From: Phoronis australis | Taxonomy: Eukaryota > Animalia > Phoronida | Assembly (NCBI GenBank): GCA_002633005.1 | Contig: NMRA01000646.1 | Location: 124,001-188,000, forward strand | Direction of reading: 5' to 3' | DNA length: 64,000 nt | In this document: positions 40,801-52,800 of the stretch, piece after piece | Numbering within the stretch: the stretch's first letter is position 1 | How the letters are laid out: each line of letters opens with the position of its first letter | Program-made: the position numbers and the translations under genes | The notes under the pieces: generated by a model | Seen by the model: the letters and a program-made list of their open reading frames with translations, nothing else | Told to the model about the DNA's origin: nothing | Databases searched by the model: none

Positions 40801-43800
40801 TGTCGTTACAAAATTGCAATTTTTTAGACTAAGTCTCAGATCTGATGTTTTTCCTTGATAATTCACTTGTGTTCTCGCTCATAGTTTTCATCAACGTTAT
40901 TAAATAATCTGAAACAGGAATTTCTCAATTAGGCTTTAACAGTGTTTTTTTTTCTGTACATATGGCGCGTTTTGTAGACGTCTGCCCAAAGTCATTATAA
41001 GGTCACCATCTCCCAGTGTGATTAGTGTAAAAATGGCCAGTTGCCGTTTGGGCAACTGAATGAAGGACTGTTCAAAGAAAAAGTTTGGTTATGAGAGTAT
41101 TTGTTCAAGTTGTAAGTAATTAAAGACATGTACAGGCTCTAAAGGTGTCCCCTCCCTGTGGTGGTTTAATCAGTGTGAGGCATTCATTGAAAAGCTTTCA
41201 GTGTATGGAGGGCCTATGGGATATCCACCGTCTCTACTGCCAGTTGAGACTGGCATTATCTAGGTCATACGTTGTTTGCATTCTGCATTACCTTGGTCAG
41301 GACTTTCAGGTTCCAACTCCATCTGTCTTCACGATACTAGTTGTGTCCTACTTTACTCTGTTACAGCGTACTGTGAGTATAAGGGTACAAAGTACAGCAA
41401 AGGCGCCACCTGGAAGGATGGATGCTCATACAACTGCGAGTGCATTGATGAGACCACAGGATACTACGAGTGCACAGATATGTAAGGATCTTTACTTCAC
41501 TTATTGCTTTTATGTTTCCTATAATTGTCTTTTTTCCGGTCACTAATTTTGTCTATATCAGTTTCCAAGTGTGCTGAGATGCAGTGCTTTAGTGCACTGT
41601 GGCATTTTGAATTTGTAGGGTGATTAGTTCGCATAGTGGTTCATGGTCCTGCTGAGAAGATAATTGTTTTATTGCCCTATATGGGTTTTGAATAGCTAAG
41701 GCCAGAATGGGTAGAGTTACGAAATTAAGTGCAACTCACTTCGCTAAGGCAACTGTCCATGATTGCAAAATTATTGCAAGGTAGTATATCCAACAAAATG
41801 CTCGGTATTATGTGATACATTTTACTTCATATTCTGGTCATTAATTTGGACACTTGTTCTATGCAGGTGCCCAACCTATAACAACCTTCCTCCAGTATGC
41901 ACACTGGTACAAGATCCTACTAACCCTTGCTGCAAGAAGCCCTCTTGTTCATTTGTTTCCAAAACTACCGTCATCACCGGTCAAGTGACACCAGCGCCAC
42001 CTACTAAACCAACGGGTAAGCTTACTCGTGCTTAAGAAATATTCATTTGAGTGCTGTTTAAAAATCACATGGGATACTGATGAAATAGAAAGTATGTGAC
42101 ACCCACAGGTTTCTTTTTTGTCAAAAATTCCCATGGGGGTGTGCACTATTCGCATTCTAGTGCATAGAGCAATTCTACATTTCACAGGGTGTTTCACTAT
42201 CATTGTATGCTCCATTAATTTTACATTTGGCCATTGCATGACACGTGCCACAAAAGCGAATTCTGTGTACTGCTAGGCATTCGGGCAAGGTCGGGGTTTG
42301 TTTACAGCATTGTTATTGTTGTGATGGCATTGAGTGCTCCTTATGCCTACAGAAATATGAGTATGAGTGATATTGTTTTCACAATATCGAAATTTTCTAT
42401 CAAACAACCAGATGTCAGTTGCAGACATTACCACTAATATGCATACGTCATATTATCAAAGTAATTGTAATTAATTATTTTATCAATGTAAAAACTGCAA
42501 CCGTAAACATGTTTGTAATATCGTTTTCACTTTACATAGAGACCTGTAGTGCCTTCTGTTTTAATATTTATTACGAAAACACATTAGAGTTAAGCATTAC
42601 TACTGCCTTTTGTCTGTCCACGGCATGCACTGATGTTCTCAAAAATGCACTGAATAAATCATATAGCGAAGCCAATTTAAATTTATTTGTGTATAAATTA
42701 AATTTAATTTTATGGAAACCAATAAATTTTTTTAATTAAAAATTTCTCAATAATTAGCAACAAATTTTAAAGCAGTATCCAACAAAACTATCAAAAATTG
42801 TAAATTTTCTGAATCATTTGTTTGGGTATTTAATGTAGTGGAGGTTCGGGGAAATTCAGACGAAGGTACTTAGCTTGACTTGCTTATCTGCTATAAATTG
42901 AAGGCTAATAACATTTGACGAGTCATGGGAAATTCGCAAATCTTTGAGAAATCAACCAATGATACTCTTCGTAACTAGTTCAGTGTGAATGCGTTCAAAT
43001 AAAGACAATGGTCAAAATCTAGGAAATTAGGATACAGGTGAGGGAAATCGGACAGAGCGGCAGGGATCAGCAAACTCTGAATGGGAAAAACTTGGACAAA
43101 ATAAATAATAGTTCTTTATGATTTCAAAATATTAGCAGTGTCATCATGAGCGAATAACAAAATTTGAGAAGTCATGGCCTGACCACATAAACGATGTGAA
43201 AGCAAAATATGTGTCATTGTCAATTTATGTGCAGCCCACATTTTAAACAGCGCCATTGTTGTTGACAATTTATGTCGTAAATTGACCTCTATACACAGAA
43301 GGTCATCACGTGAGTATAAAAATCTCTCAAACAAGCACCGAGAAAAGTAGCCTAAAGGGATAGTGTCCAAATTTCCCGCAGCATGCAAAGAGTTGGAGGG
43401 GAAATTGGGACTCCCTTTTTATCAAATCACGCATTTTTGTATGTTTTTGTATTAATACAGGAAACAGCAGCGTTATTTGATAATGAAGTAAAGAAATAAT
43501 AAAAACAGCGTGCTTTGTAATGACAATGCTGTGGGAGTTTCCCAGGGATTCCCATGTCATCCTAAGAAATATAGACGAGAAGTGTGTGCAAATACCTAGA
43601 ATTTGCACTACCATAGATGCAAAATGGCATTATGTTGAATATTGTGCGAGGTGACGGCAAAATGAAATTACTGAACAAATGCTTTTGTTATGCACCCACA
43701 TATTTGGGCGCATTATGCTGTCTGTCCGTCCGTCTGTCCATCTGGCGTCCGGCGTCCGCTGCTCTATCTCCATAACCCCTTGACGTATGTTCATAAAATT

Positions 43801-46800
43801 TTGCACAGTCATGTGTTCCTTCCGTGGATGGGGCGGCGTGAGCGAACTTTCGGATCGATCCAACGACCGGTGTCCCCCCTAGTGGCAGTTTTTGTTTTTT
43901 ACGCTTACCTCTGTATTTTCAAAAGTCCTTAACGGATTTTTATGAAATTCTGTAATATGTAGGCACCTAGTTGTGAGATGACGCATCTAACTACTGTGGC
44001 GCCTCTTAGTGGTAGTTTTGTTTTGTTTTGTTTTGCGCCTATAGCTGTATCTCCTAAACCCAATGCAGGATCTTTATTAAATTTAATAAATGTATTTATA
44101 TAAAGATAACAACAGACGGATGCGGTGTCCACTAGTGGCAATTTCATTTTATTCTGTTTCCCTTTGTTTCTCTGAAGTTCCTCCACAGATTTTCATGAAA
44201 TATGTCATGTTCCTGTTTTTGGATGGATTGTACGTTTTTGCATCATCTAGTGGCCATTTTCATGATACAAATAAATAACCCTAAAAGCACACCATTGGTC
44301 CACCTTACTCATTTACATAAAAAAGTCTTGCAAAACGAGACTTTAGCGAAATTGTAATGGTAACTGGTTCTCGGATAGTTTCAGGCACACTGGAGGACTC
44401 GGGGGTTGTGTGTAAATTATTAATTCATTTGCATATTTATGGTTTTAATGAATGATACATAGCATCTTTAAGTTTGAGATAATGTCAAGTTGTTTAGCTA
44501 GTAAGTTAACCAAAGAATCATACTATTAGTGATGTAAGATAGAACATAATTTTGCTTTCCTCTTAAAAATTCAGTATGACCCATGTTTGTCATTTTTGAC
44601 ACCACTTTCAAGTTCAGATGCTGCAGAGTATGACAAGAGAACCGATTGTCACTAGTGTGGTACTGATATTTGCTAAAATCAGTACAGAGAGTGGGCCAAA
44701 GAGAACTGTGAGGGTTACTTTGGACATTGTGGTGGCATATTCACTCCAAAGCCAAATCACATCGATATCCGGGTGGAATTTTAAAACCACTTCAACCATC
44801 AATAATTACCATTTGTTATGTACCAAGTGAGTTGCTAGTTTTTTTTTTGATCAGTAAATATTTTTACGGTATCCAATCATTAAAGGATTTAGTTCAACTG
44901 ACTTGCTCATTCATAGATGTCTAAAAGTGAAAGTTAAAAGTCACTATTTGTTGCTATCATTGTCTTGCAGATTGTACTGACAAGAGGTCTGATTGTAACC
45001 AGTATGGTGGTGACATTTGTTACAATGAGTACATGGATTGGGCCAGAGAGAATTGTGCTGATTACTGTGGACATTGTGATGGTACATTCACTCCAAGGCC
45101 AAATCCTGGCACTACAAAATCTCCAGTTGCTAGTACAAAGTCACCCAACCCAAGCACTGGCGTTGTACCCAATCCATCTACCAAGAAACCAGGTGGGATT
45201 TTGAAATCACCTTCACCTTCAATATAATAAACCGTTTGTTGTGGACCAAGTAGGTTTGTTGTGGACCAAGTAGGTTTGTTGTTCAGTATAACCTGTCATC
45301 ACGGTTTGTGATGTGAAAGTTTTCATTGATAGGCATTATCAGTTTTCCTTTTGTTTTTAACATCACTTACAAGAGAGCTTATTATGTAAACAGTGCGGTA
45401 GTGACCTCTTTGGAATAACTGCAACAAATTGGACATACAGGATTGCGTTAATTATTGTGGATATTGCAGTTGTTATGCATTCTCTCCAAGGCCAAGTCCT
45501 GAAATGTCAAAAGCACTACTTGCCAGTACAAAATTTCTCCTCACAATTAAACTAATTACTGACATTGTAACTAATGCGTCTACCAAACCACCAGGTGTAA
45601 TTTTCGAATCGCGTTAGCCATGAACAAGTACCAAGATTTTTTGTTGGCCAAGCAAGCTGTTCAGTATGACATACTTTGGTCGTGTGCATTAATTTTATTC
45701 GTGTGTTTATTGTGTAGTGTATGTAGTTTACGGTATCCAATCATTTAAGCATTTGGTTCACCTGAGTTGCTCATTTAGTGCAACTTAAAAATGATGGTTA
45801 ACAGGCACTATCTTTGGTATCATTGTCGTTCAGGTTGTACTGACAAGAGAACTGATTGTAACCAGTACAGTAGGGAAGTTTGTTACAATGAGTACATGGA
45901 TTGGGCCAGAGAGAATTGTGCTGATTACTGTGGACATTGTTCTGGTACATTTACAAAAGGACCTGTTGTTTCGCCGAAACCGGGTACTGGGATTGTCCCG
46001 AATCCAACAACAAGTAGACCAGGTGTGAGTAATAAACCACCTTCACGGACCACCAGAAAGCCAGGTGTCACAGTGATTCCAGGTATATTATTCTGATATT
46101 TAGTATTTTTATTCTTAGATCTTTCAAAGAATGCAAAGTGCATGGAAGTACCACTTGTTATTGAGATTGTATTTCATGTTTGAATTTGGTATACATCATG
46201 ATCATGGATTCTGTATGTTGTTGTTTATCTTACATCGGTGTAATCCTGTGATTGTGTTTGGTGTTGAGTATTGGGTGATTAAGGACACTTTTCACCCTGC
46301 TTAGCAGCCTAAAACGAGAAGTTTAAAGTAGGTTTTTTACTCTGAGCAAGTCAGCCTCATAATATTCAATGCCATGGTAGGATTACATTATTTACATCAC
46401 TGCCTCATTTCACGGTCAATAGGTACACGCATGTTGTTCGAATTCTCCCTTTAGTGTTGGCTAACCACAGTTACCTCATCTGCATTTTTTGTGTCACTGA
46501 TGGTCTCAGTGTTCTTTTTATAATGGAAAGGAAAACCCTATTGTAAGGAATATTGTGGAAATGATAATGTTTATAGGAATTGGCCAAATTGGACCTTCGT
46601 TTTTACTCAGCTAAAGGGAGCAAAGTGTAATTTTATTCAAGCCATTTCCTTTTTTCTTCTAGGTTGTGTTGATAAGATTCCAAACTGTCACGACTATTCT
46701 CCTGATGTGTGTTTCAATGAGTACAGTGATTGGGCCAAACAGAACTGTGCTGACTTCTGTGGACATTGTGATGGTACATTCACTCCAAGGCCAAATCCCG

Positions 46801-49800
46801 GCACTACAAAATCTCCAGTTGCTAGTACAAAGGCACCCAATCCAAGAAGTAGCATTGCACCCAATCCATCTACCAAGAAACCAGGTAAGAACTTGGGATC
46901 ACTTTGACATTCAAAAAGTAAACCATCAACTATGTTAATGTTTAATATAACATGTTTTTACTAACGTGCTGTATGAAATTAATCATTGATAGCCATTATC
47001 AATTTTACTTCTTGAGATTGTACTTGTAGCTAATTGTAACCAGTGTTGTAGTGACCTTTTTAACAATAATTACATCGAGGACTGTTGATCATTGTGGACA
47101 TTGTACGTAATCCATCAACCAAACTAACTGTTGCAACTTTGGAATCACCTTAGGCATGAACAGGTACCATTTTTATGGACCATGCAGGCTGTTCAGTATA
47201 ATGGGTATTGGCCATGTGCATTAATTGTTGTGTTTGAAGTGTGGTTCATGTTTTTACAGTATTCAATCATTTAAGGGTTTGATTCAACTAATTTACTCAC
47301 TAATAGGAAGTGAAGGGCACTATGTGTTGGTATGATTGTCCTTCAGATTGTACTGACAAGAGAACTGATTGTCACCTGTATGGTAGTGACATTTGTCACA
47401 ATGAGTTCAAGGATTGGGCCAGAGAGAATTGTGCTGATTACTGTGGACATTGTCCTGGTACATCTACTCCAAAGCCAAATCCTGGTACATCCAAAGCACC
47501 AGTGGCAAGTACAAAGGGACCCGTTGTTTCGCCGAAACCGGGTACTGGGATTGTCCCGAATCCAACAACAAGTAGACCAGGTGTGAGTAATAAACCACCT
47601 TCACGGACCACCAGAAAGCCAGGTGTCACAGTGATTCCAGGTATATTATTCTGATATTTAGTATTTTTATTCTTAGATCTTTCAAAGAATGCAAAGTGCA
47701 TGGAAGTACCACTTGTTATTGAGATTGTATTTCATGTTTGAATTTGGTATACATCATGATCATGGATTCTGTATGTTGTTGTTTATCTTGCATCGGTATA
47801 ATCCTGTGATTGTGTTTGGTGTTGAGTATTGGGTGATTAGGGGCACTTTTCACCCTGCTTAGCAGGCTAAAACGAGAAGTTTAAAGTGGGTTTTTTACTC
47901 TGACCAAGTCAGCGTCATAATATTCAATGCCATGGTAGGATTACATTATTTACATCACTGCCTCATTTGACAGTCAATAGGTACACGCATCTTTTTCGAA
48001 TTCTGCCTTTAGTGTTGGCTAACCACACTTACCTCACCTGCATTTTTTTGTGTCACTGATGGTCTCAGTGTTCTTTTTATAATGGAAAGGAAAACCTTAT
48101 TGTAAGGAATATTGTGGAAATGATTATGTTTATAGGAATTGGCCAAATTAGACCTTCTATTTTACTCAGCTAAAGGGAGCAAAGTGTAATTTTATTCAAG
48201 CCATTTCCTTTTTTCTTCTAGGTTGTGTTGATAAGATTCCAAACTGTCTCGACTATTCTCCTGATGTGTGTTTCAATGAGTACATGGATTGGGCCAAACA
48301 GAACTGTGCTGACTTCTGTGGACATTGTGATGGTACATTCACTCCAAGGCCAAATCCTGGCACTACAAAATCTCCAGTTGCTAGTACAAAGGCACCCAAT
48401 CCAAGAAGTAGCATTGTACCCAATCCATCTACCAAGAAACCAGGTAAGAACATGGGATCACTTTGACATTCAAAAAGTAAACCATCAACTATGTTAATGT
48501 TTAATATAACATGTTTTTACTAATGTGCTGTATGAAATTAATCATTGATAGCCATTATCAATTTTACTTCTTGAGATTGTACTTGTAGCTAATTGTAACC
48601 AGTGTTGTAGTGACATTTTTTACAATAATTACATCGAGGACTGTTGATCATTGTGGACATTGTACGTAATCCATCAACCAAACTAACAGTTGTAACTTTG
48701 GAATCACCTTAGGCATGAATATGTACCATTTTTATGGACCATGCAGGCTGTTCAGTATAATGGGTATTGGCCGTGTGCATTAATTGTTGTGTTTGAAGTG
48801 TGGTTCATGTTTTTACAGTATTCAATCATTTAAGGGTTTGATTCAACTAATTTACTCACTAATAGGAAGTTAAGGGCACTATGTGTTGGTATGATTGTCC
48901 TTCAGATTGTACTGACAAGAGAACTGATTGTCATCTGTATGGTAGTGACATTTGTCACAATGAGTTCAAGGATTGGGCCAGAGAGAATTGTGCTGATTAC
49001 TGTGGACATTGTCCTGGTACATCTACTCCAAAGCCAAATCCTGGTACATCCAAAGCACCAGTGGCAAGTACAAAGGGACCCGTTGTTTCGCCGAAACCGG
49101 GTACTGGGATTGTCCCGAATCCAACAACAAGTAGACCAGGTGTGAGTAATAAACCACCTTCACGGACCACCAGGAAGCCAGGTGTCACAGTGATTCCAGG
49201 TATATTATTCTGATATTTAGTATTTTTATTCTTAGGTCTTTCAAAGAATGCAAAGTGCATGGAAGTACCACTTGTTATTGAGATTGTATTTCATGTTTGA
49301 ATTTGGTATACATCATGATCATGGATTCTGTATGTTGTTTATCTTGCATCGGTGTAATCCTGTGATTGTGTTTGGTGTTGAGTATTGGGTGATTAAGGAC
49401 ACTTTTGACCCTGCTTAGCAGGCTAAAACGAGAAGTTTAAAGTAGGTTTTTTACTCTGACCAAGCCAGCCTCATAATATTCAATGCCATGGTAGGATTAC
49501 ATTATTTACATCACTGCCTCATTTGACAGTCAATAGGTACACGCATCTTTTTCGAGTTCTCCCTTTAGTGTTGGCTAACCACAGTTACCTCATCTGCATT
49601 CTTTGTGTCACTGATGGTCTCAGTGTTCTTTTTATAATGGAAAGGAAAACCCTATTGTAAGGAATATTGTGGAAATGATTATGTTTATAGGAATTGACCA
49701 AATTGGACCTTCGTTTTTACTCAGCTAAAGGGAGCAAAGTGTAATTTTATTCAAGCCATTTCCTTTTTTCTTCTAGGTTGTGTTGATAAGATTCCAAACT

Positions 49801-52800
49801 GTCACGACTATTCTCCTGATGTGTGTTTCAATGAGTACATGGATTGGGCCAAACAGAACTGTGCTGACTTCTGTGGACATTGTGATGGTACATTCACTCC
49901 AAGGCCAAATCCTGGCACTACAAAATCTCCAGTTGCTAGTACAAAGGCACCCAATCCAAGAAGTAGCATTGTACCCAATCCATCTACCAAGAAACCAGGT
50001 AAGAACTTGGGATCACTTTGACATTCAAAAAGTAAACCATCAACTATGTTAATGTTTAATATAACATGTTTTTACTAACGTGCTGTATAAAGTTAATCAT
50101 TGATAGCTATTATCAATTTTACTTCTTGAGATTGTACTTCTAGCTAATTGTAACCAGTGTTGTAGTGACATTTTTTACAATAATTACATCGAGGACTGTT
50201 GATCATTGTGGACATTGTACGTAATCCATCAACCAATTCAAGCTAACAGTTGAAACTTTGGAATCACCTTAGGCATGAACATGTACCATTTTCATGGACC
50301 ATGCAGGCTGTTCAGTATAATGGGTATTGGCCGTGTGCATTAATTGTTGTGTTTGAAGTGTGGTTCATGTTTTTACAGTATTCAATCATTTAAGGGTTTG
50401 ATTCAACTAATTTACTCACTAATAGGAAGTTAAGGGCACTATGTGTTGGTATGATTGTCCTTCAGATTGTACTGACAAGAGAACTGATTGTCACCTGTAT
50501 GGTAGTGACATTTGTCACAATGAGTTCAAGGATTGGGCCAGAGAGAATTGTGCTGATTACTGTGGACATTGTCCTGGTACATCTACTCCAAAGCCAAATC
50601 CTGGTACATCCAAAGCACCAGTGGCAAGTACAAAGGGACCCGTTGTTTCGCCGAAACCGGGTACTGGGATTGTCCCGAATCCAACAACAAGTAGACCAGG
50701 TGTGAGTAATAAACCACCTTCACGGACCACCAGAAAGCCAGGTGTCACAGTGATTCCAGGTATATTATTCTGATATTTAGTATTTTTATTCTTAGATCTT
50801 TCAAAGAATGCAAAGTGCATGGAAGTACCACTTGTTATTGAGATTGTATTTCATGTTTGAATTTGGTATACATCATGGTCATGGATTCTGTATGTTGTTG
50901 TTGATCTTGCATCGATGTAATCCTAGCTGTGATTGTGTTTGGTGTTAAGTATTGGCTGATTAAGGGCACTTTTCACCCTGCTTAGCAGGCTAAAACGAGA
51001 AGTTTAAAGTAGGTTTTTTACTCTGACCAAGTCAGCCTCATAATATTCAGTTTCGTGGTAGGATTACATTATTTACATCACTGCCTCATTTCACAGTCAA
51101 TAGGTACACGCATCTTTTTCGAATTCTCCCTTTAGTGTTGGCTAACCACAGTTACCTCATCTGCATTTTTTGTGTCACTGATGGTCTCAGTGTTCTTTTT
51201 ATAATGGAAAGGAAACCCCTATTGTAAGGAATATTGTGGAAATGATTATGTTTATAGGAATTGACCAAATTGGACCTTCTATTTTACTCAGCTAAAGGGA
51301 GCAAAGTGTAATTTTATTCAAGCCATTTCCTTTTTTCTTCTAGGTTGTGTTGATAAGATTCCAAACTGTCACGACTATTCTCCTGATGTGTGTTTCAATG
51401 AGTACATGGATTGGGCCAAACAGAACTGTGCTGACTTCTGTGGACATTGTGATGGTACATTCACTCCAAGGCCAAATCCTGGCACTACAAAATCTCCAGT
51501 TGCTAGTACAAAGGCACCCAATCCAAGAAGTAGCATTGTACCCAATCCGTCTACCAAGAAACCAGGTAAGAACTTGGGATCACTTTGACATTCAAAAAGT
51601 AAACCATCAACTATGTTAATGTTTAATATAACATGTTTTTACTAACGTGCTGTATGAAATTAATCATTGATAGCCATTATCAATTTTACTTCTTGAGATT
51701 GTACTTGTAGCTAATTGTAACCAGTGTTGTAGTGACATTTTTTACAATAATTACATCGAGGACTGTTGATCATTGTGGACATTGTACGTAATCCATCAAC
51801 CAAACTAACAGTTGTAACTTTGGAATCACCTTAGGCATGAACATGTACCATTTTTATGGACCATGCAGGCTGTTCAGTATAATGGGTATTGGCCGTGTGC
51901 ATTAATTGTTGTGTTTGAAGTGTGGTTCATGTTTTTACAGTATTCAATCATTTAAGGGTTTGATTCAACTAATTTACTCACTAATAGGAAGTTAAGGGCA
52001 CTATGTGTTGGTATGATTGTCCTTCAGATTGTACTGACAAGAGAACTGATTGTCACCTGTATGGTAGTGACATTTGTCACAATGAGTTCAAGGATTGGGC
52101 CAGAGAGAATTGTGCTGATTACTGTGGACATTGTCCTGGTACATCTACTCCAAAGCCAAATCCTGGTACATCCAAAGCACCAGTGGCAAGTACAAAGGGA
52201 CCCGTTGTTTCGCCGAAACCGGGTACTGGGATTGTCCCGAATCCAACAACAAGTAGACCAGGTGTGAGTAATAAACCACCTTCACGGACCACCAGAAAGC
52301 CAGGTGTCACAGTGATTCCAGGTATATTATTCTGATATTTAGTATTTTTATTCTTAGATCTTTCAAAGAATGCAAAGTGCATGGAAGTACCACTTGTTAT
52401 TGAGATTGTATTTCATGTTTGAATTTGGTATACATCATGGTCATGGATTCTGTATGTTGTTGTTGATCTTGCATCGATGTAATCCTAGCTGTGATTGTGT
52501 TTGGTGTTAAGTATTGGCTGATTAAGGGCACTTTTCACCCTGCTTAGCAGGCTAAAACGAGAAGTTTAAAGTAGGTTTTTTACTCTGACCAAGTCAGCCT
52601 CATAATATTCAGTTTCGTGGTAGGATTACATTATTTACATCACTGCCTCATTTCACAGTCAATAGGTACACGCATCTTTTTCGAATTCTCCCTTTAGTGT
52701 TGGCTAACCACAGTTACCTCATCTGCATTTTTTGTGTCACTGATGGTCTCAGTGTTCTTTTTATAATGGAAAGGAAACCCCTATTGTAAGGAATATTGTG

